Of a stretch of DNA of 64,000 bases, positions 28,947 to 42,182 are shown piece by piece. Position 1 is the stretch's first letter. The number at the start of each line of letters is the position of its first letter. The DNA is from Eledone cirrhosa. Lineage: Eukaryota. Where the stretch lies: NCBI GenBank assembly GCA_964016885.1, contig OZ024743.1, forward strand, positions 277,574,001 to 277,638,000, read 5' to 3'. The notes beneath the pieces are model-generated. The model did no database searches and was not told where the DNA came from. It worked only from the letters and a program-made list of their open reading frames with translations. Made by a program: the position numbers and the translations under genes.

Positions 28947-29260
28947 AAAAGAAGATGAAATCGAAAATACAACTGGAGTCTTATTTAAAAAAATATATAT
29001 ATATTTATTTGGTTCCTTTACCGGTTTCGCAGTTCTTCTGCTTTTCAAAAGTAGAGTTGAGATGTCCTACACGAGTGAAAGTATAAAGAAAAAAGATGAA
29101 ATCGAAAATGCAACTGGAGTCTTATTTTTAAAAAAATATATATATTTTTTTAAAAATAAGACTCCAGTTGCATTTTCGATTTCATCATTTTTCCTTATAC
29201 TTTCACTCGTGTAGGACACCTCGGTTATTTTTCATTTTGTAAAAAAAACCTCACTTTCTA
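28943..29260. mobile_element. PLE pLTR compound insert: degenerate HHR (29016-29052, -) plus palindrome 29064-29217
   Basis: Minus strand TTGAAAA-GCAG aagaa CTGC-GAAA-CCGG-TA. The segment 28943-29005 is repeated at ~29082-29145 and then inverted. Confidence 0.65.
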
Positions 29261-29289
29261 ATATATATATATATATATTTATATATAAG

Positions 29290-29322
<33 letters not shown>

Positions 29323-29325
<3 letters not shown>

Positions 29326-30069
29326 TTGGCGTGGCAACAAAGTTTTTAGAATAACCCTTTAGCATTTACATTACTCTATATTTACTATTATATTTTCACG
29401 GTAAAAGCTTTACCTCATAATTCTGTGACATAATATTTTATATCATTTATTTTGAGAACAATACTTTAACATCAGTATGAGTGGCCAGTTATAGTCAGTT
29501 TGGACAGAAAGGAGTAAGAGAATTCTGGCTGGATATGGACGGTTTAAATACTAAAAAGCTAAATGAAAATGCACAACATATTGAGACTAAACTTTATTTA
29601 TTTTGCAAAACATAATCTCCATTGAATGCAATAACATCTTTACAGCGATTATGCAAAGTATTTAACTCTTTCTCGAACTATTCCTTCGGCAATTGTCGAA
29701 ACCAGCGCAACGATTCAGCTACCACCTCTTCTAATGAAGTGAAAACAAATTTTCAAAGATGTTGCTTTAATAACTTGAACACCCGACGATCGCACAAATT
29801 CAAGTTAGGACTATAGGGGGATTGTTTGATCATAGCCACTCTTCTCCTCTAGAAAAAATCTTTTGTGGATTGAGCAGTTCGATGCGTGTATCATAAATTC
29901 ACAAGAATGACAGCAAATAATTAAGCATAGGCCTGTGACAAAATACAGCATTCATACAGAATATTACACGCATACAACAGCGTTCAAATTCCAACTAATA
30001 TTAACTATATATACTGATATATACGGCACACAGCCTACTATTCTAAAGATTTTATTGCCACGCCAAGTA
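29323..30069 (-). mobile_element. Deleted mariner element with both TIRs and a nested piggyBac MITE (29355-29558)
   Basis: TIR TACTTGGCGTGGCAA..TTTAGAATA at both ends in TA context. Minus-strand PYSPNLNLCD and LHNRCKDVIAFNGDY. Confidence 0.85.
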
Positions 30070-30096
30070 TATATATATATATATCTATATATATAT

Positions 30097-30310
30097 AATC
30101 GGTGGACCCGCGCATTTACCGAGTGGTACCCGCGCGAGCGGAAACGACCACTCGGAAGGCCTCCACGAAGGTGGAGTTACGATTTTAGGAATATGATTGG
30201 GACTACATAGATGAGGAAAGCATGATCCAGAGAGGAATGGACGGCGTGCTGTGACCAGCGGCGCCGAATGGACGCCCGACAGACTGGTCGGTCAAGGTGA
30301 TCAAGATGAT
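30097..30310 (+). mobile_element. RTE-type LINE 3' fragment
   Basis: NRWTRAFTEWYPRERKRPLGRPPRRW. Tail repeat tcaaggtga/tcaagatga. Confidence 0.75.
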
Positions 30311-30325
30311 ATACATACATATATA

Positions 30326-30794
30326 CAGTTAGGTATTTTGGTTCACCACTGGCTAGAACTGGTCATTCCGTATAGTCAACCGTGATGGAAAAACACTCGA
30401 CGTAGTGCAACTCACCCATCTTCGTTTATGTTGAATCTTGTTGGTGGTGCGAGAACGGAGTTATTTATTATTGAGTAAAATGACAGGAGGCTGGACTGGT
30501 GAAATTCCTTAAAGATTTATTATAAACGCTATGCACATTTCAATGACCTGGTTCTGAAGGAACCCGGTGACATCATCAGGTGTTACAAAATTTATCCAAT
30601 AAAGGAATATGATAATGGTAGACACAATCCAAAGGGCTGAAAAGTAGTGAGAAATGTTTAAGACCTGAAGGCGGCCAGAGCCAGCAGTTGCCAGTCCGGA
30701 TGACCGCCTTCAGAACCCGCTCATTGAAATGTGCATGATGTTTATAATAAATCTTTAAGGAAATTTCACCAGTCCAGCCTCCTGTCATTTTACT

Positions 30795-30802
<8 letters not shown>
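30326..30802 (-). mobile_element. PLE pLTR fold-back, family D
   Basis: Inverted arms ~30467-30560 / 30707-30802. Homologous to 45492-45665. Confidence 0.75.
30525..30584 (-). ncRNA. Type I hammerhead (family D)
   Basis: AACAC-CTGATGA-stem II (GGTTC cttca GAACC)-GAAA-tgtgca-TA^GCGTT. One stem I mismatch. Confidence 0.7.
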
Positions 30803-30855
<53 letters not shown>

Positions 30856-31094
30856 ATAAATTAACGGAGCCATAGACTCTCGCTATTCCCATTTGGGATT
30901 TGTACGTGTGTGTTAGATAGTTATCGAGGTATGTATTTACACTTTAATTTATACTTTTAATTATTGTGTGTCTACTCTGCCTTCCATGGGCTATAGATTC
31001 CATATACTCGTGGTTTTTTCCCTGTTTGATTGATGGCGCACTATCTCTCTCTCTAGTATGTTATCTTTTCAACATATTGTATTATATATAATAC

Positions 31095-32159
31095 TTTTTA
31101 CTAAAAAGAGACCCAAGAAGGAACAAAATGCTCCAAATACACAACATCATAAAGAGCAAAAGACAACCTAAATCCATAAAAAACACCGTCACACAAGCCA
31201 AATTCCTACAAACCCTCACAATGAACCCTACAGTAACAAAATGCGGAAGGCCCAACTGTGGCATATGCATAAATCTAATAGAAGGTTCAACATTCCATTT
31301 TAAACAAGGACAGCGTTTCACAGTTAAACACAACTTTACATGTGCATCTGAAAACCTAATCTATGTTTTGACTTGCTCAAGTTGTCAAGAGCACTACATA
31401 GGACAGAGAAAAAACAGCCTCCGTCAACGTATGACCGTCCATAAATCACAAATTAAAATACAGGAATACAGAAAGATTGCATTTAGTGAACATATCGCCA
31501 TCGATCCAAACTTTAAAGTTTTCCCCATTTACAAATTCATAGACAACGCTACTTTCATCCAACGTACCAATGAGGAAACATATTTCATTAACAAATTCCA
31601 ACCTTTACTTAATGCTCTAAAAATCGGGCCAATCTAAAACTGCAACAAACAATCAAATATTTACAAGAGTTACCTCCCTCACACCCTACCTAATCCTTTT
31701 TCTTAAACAAATTAAATATTATCCAGCAAGAATTACTTCCCCCTGCATATTAACTCTCTAAAAAGGGAAATCATATCAAACCTCAGTCCACCATTTGCCT
31801 CCATCATGGAATCATGGATCAACTAAGCATTCTTGCTATATCAACACATTTTGATCTGCTTAACTTCAATAACTATGCCTGTAAATAACATTATTCTTTC
31901 TGCACCTTCTGTTTAACATGTGCGACACCACACTAATACACTTCACTATCATTTGATAATGCATAACAATGCTGAAACCGGTAATAGACAATTATTAAAT
32001 ATATAAATAGATAAATAAATGCCATTGTTAAATAATAAATACATCAACTAATACCTTAACACTTCACACAAAGTAAAACATTTCGTTTAATCATTTTCTA
32101 ACCCAGAAAAAAGGGAAAAACAATATTTTTCTTCCTAATAATCGTCTCTTTCTCCCTGT

Positions 32160-32165
<6 letters not shown>
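31095..32165 (+). mobile_element. Penelope-like element 3' end (GIY-YIG ORF 31128-31637; degenerate HHR ~31949-31987)
   Basis: CGRPNCGIC..TCASENLIYVLTCSSCQEHYIGQ..LRQRMTVH..H..E.YFINKFQPLLN. Downstream TTGATAA-tGCAT aaca ATGCt-GAAA-CCGG-TA. Confidence 0.88.
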
Positions 32166-32205
<40 letters not shown>

Positions 32206-33124
32206 ATAATACAGAAATAGGGGTATCCTTTTCCGTTTTATGTAAGTTCATTTACGTTTGTGTAAAATGAATATGTGAAACAAAAAAAGGAAAAGGTAGC
32301 TAACCCGTTCATTATGCTCAACGTGGTCGATGGAGTTGTGTCATAAATATTTTGACGATACGAGATGCGTCATCGAGTATGGTACATAGGTTCCAAGGGA
32401 AATTTTACGGAGTAATTTAATGTAAACAGGGTACTAGGAAAAACTAGTATCTCTTCTCAGTAGCGCAAAAACTATAATTATAAACATCAATAAATTGAGT
32501 TTAGAACAACAGTACAAACAACCCCACCAATAACAACAATGGCAACTATTACAATTACAACTGTAGTAACAATATGTTATTTAGTTCTTTAGCTCGCTTT
32601 AGCCAACATGGCTAAGTCCATGTTGGAGAATTTCCTTTGTAAGAAATAATTGCATTTTCATTGAGGGGTGTGTACAAAAGAAAAAAGAAACCCTCAAAAC
32701 ACATACATACGTGAACAGCGTGAACACATTAACACATTAACACATTAACACACACACACGCATATATATATACTTAAATAAACACACATATATGTTATAT
32801 ATATAAATACATATACTTTCATATGCACCCATGTATGTTATATATATATACGTGTATGTTTGTGTTTGTGTGTATGTATACATATATATGTGTGCGCACA
32901 TACACACACACACAGAGCGAAGGAAAGAGAGAGAGGGGGAAATATAGAATGAGAGAGAGAGAAAGATTGGTTGATAGATAGATAGATCAAAGCAGGTTAG
33001 TCTTATTGGAAATTTGAAGATGAACATGTAGAAGACCTAGTGGTGGAGGAAAAGGAGGAGAGAGAGAGAGAGAGAGAGCGTGAGGAGAAGGTGGTGGTTA
33101 AGAAAGAACAGACGGAACAGAAAG

Positions 33125-33234
<110 letters not shown>

Positions 33235-33486
33235 GCAACAACAACAACAACAATAAAAAAAAAGATTCCAATGCAATATTTTCAAAAGTGTAGTCAGTAC
33301 TAAAACGATGTAATCAGCACAGCGATTGTGTGTTTGGCTCACAGTTACTTGTTGAAGTGGCCAACTTATCGTCTGTTTTCATCAAAGCATATCTGTACGA
33401 AAGAACACATATATCATAGATACTTGTAGGTTTAAGTGTATATGTGTGTACACATGCTCGCGTGAGTGTGTGGTGTATGCTTACGT

Positions 33487-33523
<37 letters not shown>

Positions 33524-33531
33524 CATACATA

Positions 33532-33632
33532 CAGGGTGTCCCCGGAAAATGCATACACAATTCAACAGCATTCTAATAAATATTGCCTGTACAGGTAATC
33601 AAAGTGTGTATTCATTTATTTGGGACACCATG
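33532..33632. mobile_element. 101-bp Tc1/mariner-type mini-MITE
   Basis: TA-CAGGGTGTCCC...GGGACACCATG-TA. Confidence 0.7.
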
Positions 33633-34706
33633 TATATATATATATATCATATTTCGGTACTGAACATCTGAGATGGAGTATTGAAACTGCCAATAAGCTT
33701 TGCAGTCTTTCAGACACTGGTGAAGTGAAAGCCGTTAATTTTATTGTTGAACAGTTGCAATCTGACTGATTCAAGAAAAAAACAAAAAACACATATGTAG
33801 GGTACGATGAACCAGATGGTTGATGTTTTGAGATGAAAATATTAGCTGCAGCGTTTAGTGCAAGTCCATAGGGATAGATTCAATAATGATGCGTATGAAT
33901 ATGTAAAGAAGGGCAGTAAATCGAGTGTGTCTAAGTAAAGATCAGGCGAGATCACCCAGCTCCAATGTCGCTATTCATGGATTCAGCGTGTTTAACTTGA
34001 GGGTTTCTGAGTTACATGTGGATGATGCTTAGAAGAACTGTTAGGTAGAAATAAAGGGTTGTATCATTTGCACAGGAACATGTTTAAGTGGAGGTGGTGA
34101 CAGTAAATTATGAAGGAAATTATGTGTGTGGCAAAACCGAAATATGGAGGAAGGGATAATTGTGTAGAGAGTTCTATTAGCCTCAAATAATGCGTCCGAT
34201 AGTTAGCCACTATCCCCCAACAACATCTCCAATCTCTCTTTCTTTGTAGAGATATATCTAGAGCTTTGGATACACGCAGCATAGTACTCAATTCCGAAAA
34301 GAAATGGATGTACTTTAACGATGCAACGAGTTTCTTACTTGATTCATTTGCTATATTTCCGTCTTTCTGCTTGCTAAATTATTATATTATTGCAAGAACG
34401 ATCTGTAATATTAAGAGCAGTTCAACTTTTTCTAAAAAGAAAAGAGATAAGGCGTGGAGCAAAGAGGTACTCCATGTATTCAGGAGGTTCCAGGTTCGAA
34501 CTTACTATGAATGTTTAGTCTACAACAACCATGGGTCGAGATACGCCTTTTGAATAAAATGATGGTGATGGAAACTCAGAGATAAACTTGTACCTACATG
34601 TATGTATGTACGCATTTATGCACACACACACACGCACGCACACACACATATACACACACACACATATATATATACAGACAGACAGACATATATATATATA
34701 TATATA

Positions 34707-34833
34707 CTAACAGAATGGCCCGGCGTTGCTCGGGATTTGCTCTAGGGTTCTTATATATTTGATATATATTTATCCTTCCCGAGCCTCTTGAAGTAAATAC
34801 GTTTGTTTATATTTTGCAAAAATATCTGTACAC

Positions 34834-34876
<43 letters not shown>

Positions 34877-35264
34877 TAACAGATTAAAGATTAAGCAAAG
34901 AATCGCTGCTTTCACCCTTAACGGGATCTACTGAAACTAAAATAATAAATCTGTGAACGCGGAAGTAAATATTTCGAAAAACGTTACACACTATATATAT
35001 ATATTTACACACACACTATATATACATATATACACACACACACTGATCGCGTCATAATGACGTAATGCAGACATCAGACATACAGACAGATATTATAAGG
35101 GCGCGACGTCATATCTATGTATCTATCTAAAAAGAGAAAGACTAAGAGAGAGGGAGAGAGATCGCTAAATCGCCTAATGCGGTCCCTACGGCATTGAAAA
35201 TAAGTATTACGTGTGTAAAGTTTGAAAACAATCGGTTGGGTGGTTCTCGAGTTTTAGTGATTGT

Positions 35265-35295
<31 letters not shown>

Positions 35296-35321
35296 CACAT
35301 TCTCTGTTTTAGTAATATAGA
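34707..35321 (-). mobile_element. Non-autonomous Helitron (Lep1-like) containing family B pLTR fragments
   Basis: Minus strand starts TC, has (CTGT)n near the 5' end, subterminal hairpin CCCGAGCAACGCCGGG and ends TTAG, between A and T. Confidence 0.7.
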
Positions 35322-35380
35322 TATATATATATATATATATACATACATACATATTGATGTGTATATATATATACATATAC

Positions 35381-35444
<64 letters not shown>

Positions 35445-35458
35445 GTACATATATATTG

Positions 35459-35517
<59 letters not shown>

Positions 35518-35813
35518 GTATATATATATATATGTATATATGAGTGTGTGTGTGTGTGTGTGTGTGTGTCTCTGTGTGTGCGTGCATAGAGTGAGAGAGT
35601 GAAAGTGGGAGAGACAGAGGGATTGGAGAGTAAGCTGGATCAATTGAAGGATAGATAAAATTACATATACATACATATATGTATACATACATACACACGC
35701 GCACAAACACATACACATGCACACACATATATGTATATACATACATACATGTATACATACCTACATATCTATACATACATACACATATACGTTCATATAC
35801 ATATATATATAAC

Positions 35814-35919
<106 letters not shown>

Positions 35920-37339
35920 GATGTATTTCCTAATTCTGAATGAATTTCATTATGTAGGTCTGGTCCGAAGATTATCACAATTGAGGAAGTGAATATCTGA
36001 GACTCATCCACAGTGAACTGATAAGACTGGAATAGATTAGGGTAACTATTAAGACATTATTTCACTATAGTCAGTTGCTACCCGATTGAACATATCATTG
36101 TCACCTCGTTGAATAATAGGATTTCATATTCTGCCCCATATTAATTTTTTCTCTTTATTTTTCGTTTTATGTTATATTTTATATTTTTTATTTGGTTTTT
36201 ATTTATTTTTATTCTTTGTATTTATTTTACATTTTTATTTTTGTATTTTTGTTTTCATTTTTATAGATATTATTTTTTTCTTCCTATTTTAAGCGGAACA
36301 TTGAAACATCGTACGGCGTGCCTAATTTTAATTATCACTTATTTCATTACGCCATTTTGAATACATGCATTACATTGCAAATATGTATGTGTCTGTGTGA
36401 GTGTGTGTTTATATGTATATATGTATGTATATATGTATGTACGTATGTATGTATGTGTCTGTGTGAGTGAGTGTTTATATGTATATATGTATGTATATAT
36501 GTATGTACGTATGTATGTATGCATGCATGTATGTATGTATGCATATATGTATGTATGCATATCTGTATGCATGTATATATATATATATGTACATATGTAT
36601 GCATGTATGTATGTATTTATGTACGTATGTATGCATGCTGTATGTATGTGTGTATGTATATATGTATGTATGTATGTGTATATGTATGTATGAATGTATG
36701 AATGTATGAATGTATGTATGTATGCATGTATGTATCTATATATGTATGTATGCATGCATGCATGAATCTATAAATGTGCAAACGCATTCAATCTTTTTCT
36801 TTCCCTCCATATCTCTCTCCATACATACATACACAGGACACACGTATATATATATATACCATACATGCAGACGCAAATGCACATATTCATATACGTACAC
36901 AAACACCTACACCAAAGATATACATATGAACGTACATAAAAATTGCATCTCGATTGAATATAATTTCGTTTTCATATTTTTGTCATATATATATCTTATA
37001 TATATTGGCTAAGAATTGCAATCTTGGAGCATATATTCTGTATAGAATTCGGTATGCTGATAATAGTTAAATCGTTTCTTGTCCAACTCTAGTCTCCATT
37101 CCTCACCTTTCGTATTTAGTGATGCGTACTGCTTCCAAGAAAGTTATCATTTATATCCAGTCTTGCAAAACATTACAGCAAGACTTGTTATTAATTTTAT
37201 TTACTTATTATATTGCCTTACAAAAAAGAAGCAAAAACAAAACAAAAAAACAACAAAAAATGCAAATATGGAAGGATGTAACTGTGTTTTCTATCACTTC
37301 CTCTCAGCATCCATCGTCCTTGAGGCAAATAAATATCGA

Positions 37340-37643
37340 TTCTTCTTCTTCTTCTTCTTCTTCTTCTTCTTCTTCTTCTTCTTCTTCTTCTTCTTCTTCT
37401 TCTTCTTCTATCGTCTTCTTCTTTTTCTTCTTTTTCTTCTTCTTCTTCTTCTTCTTCTTCTTCTTCTTCTTCTTCTTCTTCTTCTTCTTCTTCTTCTTCT
37501 TCTTCTTCTTCTTCTTCTTCTTCATCTTCTTCTTCTTCTTCTTCTTCTTCTTCTTCTTCTTCTTCTTCTTCTTCTTCTTCTTCTTCTTCTTCTTCTTCTT
37601 CTTCTTCTTCTTCTTCTTCTTCTTCTTCTTCTTCTTCTTCTTC
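37340..37643. repeat. (TTC)n microsatellite
   Basis: Read directly. Similar tracts: (GAT)n 38405-38484 and (GAA)n 40287-40426. Confidence 0.95.
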
Positions 37644-38076
37644 GCTTATAAAAATGTTAGTAGCAGTAGTAGTAGAAGTGTTAATATTAGTGTTAATATT
37701 TCTTTTTTTTAATAAAATATCCTTTAGGGCTATTTCGACTAATACCATTTCATTATCTATTTTTTTTTTTGTCAAATTATTTTTTCGTATCCTTTCAAAA
37801 TTTTATATTTCTCTTTATTCACCATATTTACGTTTTTTCTATTTGTATTTTCTAGCATCACTTTTCTCCTCTCCATTCATTCTTTGTAGGTTTTTATTTC
37901 TCTGTATTTTTATATTTGTTATTTATATATATATTTCTTTTTTTTTTTTTTATTCTATTTGACTTTCTCTTGCTCCCTAAGGACTTTTTTCGCGGACTAA
38001 ATGTAATTCTCTCCATGATAAATAGGTCCCGACGGGTCGTATGTTAATTAAATTCGATGCTTTGCTGGCTTGAAGA

Positions 38077-38117
<41 letters not shown>

Positions 38118-38130
38118 TAGACATATATAC

Positions 38131-38175
<45 letters not shown>

Positions 38176-38222
38176 TACGTGTATATATATATATATATAT
38201 ATTTATATGTATGTATATATAT

Positions 38223-38253
<31 letters not shown>

Positions 38254-38403
38254 AATATATACATATATGTGTGTGTGTGTGTGAGAGAGAGAGAGTGTGT
38301 GTGTGTATGTGTAACCGTGTGCAAAGAATTATTAAGCAACGCCGAGGAAAATAGTAACTATAACAAGAGTAAGACTGAATGGATAATAATAATGATGATA
38401 ATC

Positions 38404-38485
<82 letters not shown>

Positions 38486-39330
38486 CGATGATGATAATGA
38501 TGCTGAAAATGATGATGAAAATGAAGATGTTGATGATAATGTTGATGGTAATGATGATGAAAGTGATGTGTGTAAGTGAGGTGGTTTGCAGAATATGGAG
38601 TATTTTAAAGAACATGAAGAATGCGAATTTAAGAGAACGAAGAGTCTGTTGAAAAAAGACAGCAATATAAAAAGAAGAATATGTGAAAAAATTATGTCCC
38701 AGAAGTGTTACAAAAATGGAAATAATAATACTAATAAGGAGGAAGAAAAGAGGAAAGAGTAGGTGTAGGAGGAGGCAGAGGAAGAGGAGGGGTGGAGGAG
38801 AGGAGAGGGGAGGAGGGGTGGGGGAAGAGAAGGGGTGGGGAGGAGGTGAAGTACAACATAAACTGGCTTAATTGGAAGATGAATATAAGAAGAAAGGAGG
38901 AAATTGATAGATAAATAAATGAATGAATAAATACATATATAAATATAAACGTGTATAGCAGAATAGAAAAGGGGTAAGAGATGAAATGATAGAAATGGAG
39001 GAATGATGATGGTGGGGAGGAGAAGAGGGAAAAAGGCAGAGAAGGCGGAGGCATGAAAAAGGAGTTCTTGAAGAACAAAAAGAACAAGATGTTGAAAAAG
39101 GAGACGAAGAGGTTCAGGAAAAACGAGAAGACGTACGATGATCTGATGATGGTGAAGAAAATGAGTAGAAAAAAACTTAGAAGGAAATATATAAATAAAT
39201 AAATAATAAATAAATAAATAAATATAAACAAATAACTAAATAAATAAAATAGAACGAAAGGAAGACATTTATGAAAAAATAGGAATGGATATGATATACG
39301 TACATATATATACACACACACACGCACACG

Positions 39331-39386
<56 letters not shown>

Positions 39387-39402
39387 TACATATACATATA
39401 CC

Positions 39403-39499
<97 letters not shown>

Positions 39500-39593
39500 G
39501 TATATATATATATTGCTCTCATTTTGGGATGGTTTTGTATGGCGTCAGTTTGGGATTTGAACTCGGGTATTTTATATTCTCCGAGGGAGAAGA

Positions 39594-39675
39594 GCCTTCT
39601 GAAGAGTGGTCCCTTCTCAATGGAAATCCGCTTGGATTTTCCGTTTATTCTGGAGCATGAAACCGCGGAAAAGGC
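39594..39675 (+). ncRNA. Hammerhead with long stem II and U16.1>A substitution (probably inactive)
   Basis: GCCTT-CTGAAGA-(..AAATCC gctt GGATTT..)-GAAA-CCGCGG-AA-AAGGC. Confidence 0.6.
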
Positions 39676-39747
39676 ACATATAGCAAGTACTGCGAATTTT
39701 TTAAAATTTAATTTAAAACTTTTTCTATATTTGCTAGACCTTGATTT

Positions 39748-39800
<53 letters not shown>

Positions 39801-39802
<2 letters not shown>

Positions 39803-39932
39803 CGAAGGAAATGTGGTAAGGAACCAGGTGGACCATAACGCACCAAAGTACTCAATACTTAGGGTAGTAGAGTGGGTAATGAGAATTAGCCGTCGAAACG
39901 GCTTGAGCTCAGCCGTCGGGGTCTTACTGGTT

Positions 39933-39936
<4 letters not shown>
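39801..39936. mobile_element. Family F insert (inverted tail joined to sense arm)
   Basis: Matches 20592-20805 and 44606-44815. In (TA)n. Confidence 0.65.
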
Positions 39937-40005
<69 letters not shown>

Positions 40006-40032
40006 GTATATATTTATGTATATATATATATG

Positions 40033-40070
<38 letters not shown>

Positions 40071-40188
40071 GAGAAGAAAGAATACTGCGTGGTTGCACAT
40101 GGGAGTCCGATCAGCTTTAGCTGTGTGGATTTCATGGGCGAGAGACTACAGACCGTCCGACGCGAGTGAGGTGTGAGCAGGAAATATA

Positions 40189-40252
<64 letters not shown>

Positions 40253-40574
40253 TTAGTAAACACTGATGATGATGATGATGATTATAAAGAAGAAGAAGAA
40301 GAAGAAGAAGAAGAAGAAGAAGAAGAAGAAGAAGAAGAAGAAGAAGAAGAAGAAGAAGAAGAAGAAGAAGAAGAAGAAGAAGAAGAAGAAGAAGAAGAAG
40401 AAGAAGAAGAAGAAGAAGAAGAAGAAGCAGCAGACTACCACCACTGCACGTAAATGCAATGGAGTGTTAAAATTGACTGTTGTCCTAAATATTTAAGATG
40501 GCGGTTGTATTTAATGAGATCATATGGCGCTAACTTTGTTATGCATACACCTTACGTCGGATATATATATATAC

Positions 40575-40656
<82 letters not shown>

Positions 40657-40691
40657 TGAAATTGGTAATAGCTGTGAAAACACCAGCCTCC

Positions 40692-40722
<31 letters not shown>

Positions 40723-41615
40723 CTTCTTCTTCTTCTTCTTCTTCTTCTTCTTCTTCTTCTTCTTCTTCTTCGCTCATTTATTCCTGAGAGGCTTGTGGGG
40801 GCAGAGTCTCCAAACACCACTTCCAGAGGATCCTGTCAGATGCAACCGTCTGCAATTGATCCGGTTCGATCCCCAAGCGATACCAGCCCATCTCATGGAT
40901 GTTATCCAACCACCTTGCTCCGGATCTACCCCTGGGTCTCCTGTCGGTTGGTTTTGCCTGTAAAATCTGTCTTCTTTCCTGAGACATTCTATACACATGC
41001 CCATAGTATAGGAGCTCTGACCTCGAATGACTCTGGTCTTCGAGCTACGCACTCTATCGAGTAACATTACTCCAAGGACCCTTCGGCCGCTTGTATTTAT
41101 GATCGTATTCTTTCGGTCATTACCCAAGATTCATGACCATAGGTAAGCGTTGGCACGAATACCGAATTGAAGATAGCGAGTTTGGCTTTTACACCTACCT
41201 CCCTTCTTCTGATTACTGAATACTCAATCTGGCTCATTATGGCACCAGCTCATGCAATTCTTGCACTTAATGCAGCCCCTTGCCTTCCATCACTCGTGAA
41301 CACGGCCCCGAGACACTTGAACTTCTCTACCTGCTTCAATGGAACTCCTTTTACATGCGCAGGTTTCCTTGAGAGGACGAGCGCCTCAGTTTTCGCAGCA
41401 TTGATTTTCATTCCAGTCATGCAGCACTCGTCATCAACCCTAAGCGGGAGATCACCTTTTGTCGAGTTAAATAACACCATGTCGTCTGCAAATTCCAGTC
41501 GACTGATTTTAAACCCGCCAGTCATGATACCACTTCCAACCGACACGAAGAACGCTTTCATATGCCTTTTCAAGGTCCACAAAACAAGAATATACATCTT
41601 GGCAATACCCCCACG
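40692..41615 (-). mobile_element. RTE-clade LINE 3' part with (GAA)n tail
   Basis: [30 protein letters not shown], then RRPRGR..RWLDNI..ASDRILW. AATAAA followed by (GAA)n. Confidence 0.88.
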
Positions 41616-41655
<40 letters not shown>

Positions 41656-41658
<3 letters not shown>

Positions 41659-41749
41659 CCAAGAGTAGACACGAAGTAAATTGTTTCAGTAGAACTCATG
41701 TAAATGGGTACTATAGATCTATATATATATTCGCATATAAATATATATT

Positions 41750-41807
<58 letters not shown>

Positions 41808-41903
41808 AGTATATATACTTATATGCGAATATATAAATAGATCTATAGTACCCATTTACATGAGTTCTACTGAAACAATTTACTTCGCGTCTTCTCTGGG
41901 ATT
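41656..41903. repeat. Fold-back inverted repeat with (TA)n centre and one-sided tail to ~41985
   Basis: Arms ~41656-41757 / 41800-41903. Confidence 0.75.
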
Positions 41904-42182
41904 TTTACATAACCTTACCTATTAAGTATGCTGAGATCCAAACGGTACTAACAGGGAAACCTATGCTAGTCCTGTCAACTTCGTATTTTATCTGAGTTCA
42001 AATCCCGCCGAGGTTAACTTTGCCTTTCATTCTTACGGGGTCGATAAAATAAAGTACCAGTAATGTACTGGCTGATTGCTGGCCTTGTGCCAGAAGTATA
42101 TATATATATATATATTGCAAACGAATCGAATATTATTATTAATATTCGAAAAGCTCAGATGTATATATATATATATATATAT

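Noticed and set aside
38731-39855. Longest ORF (374 aa) as a membrane protein
   Set aside because: Runs across (TA)n, purine-rich low-complexity DNA and PLE fragments.
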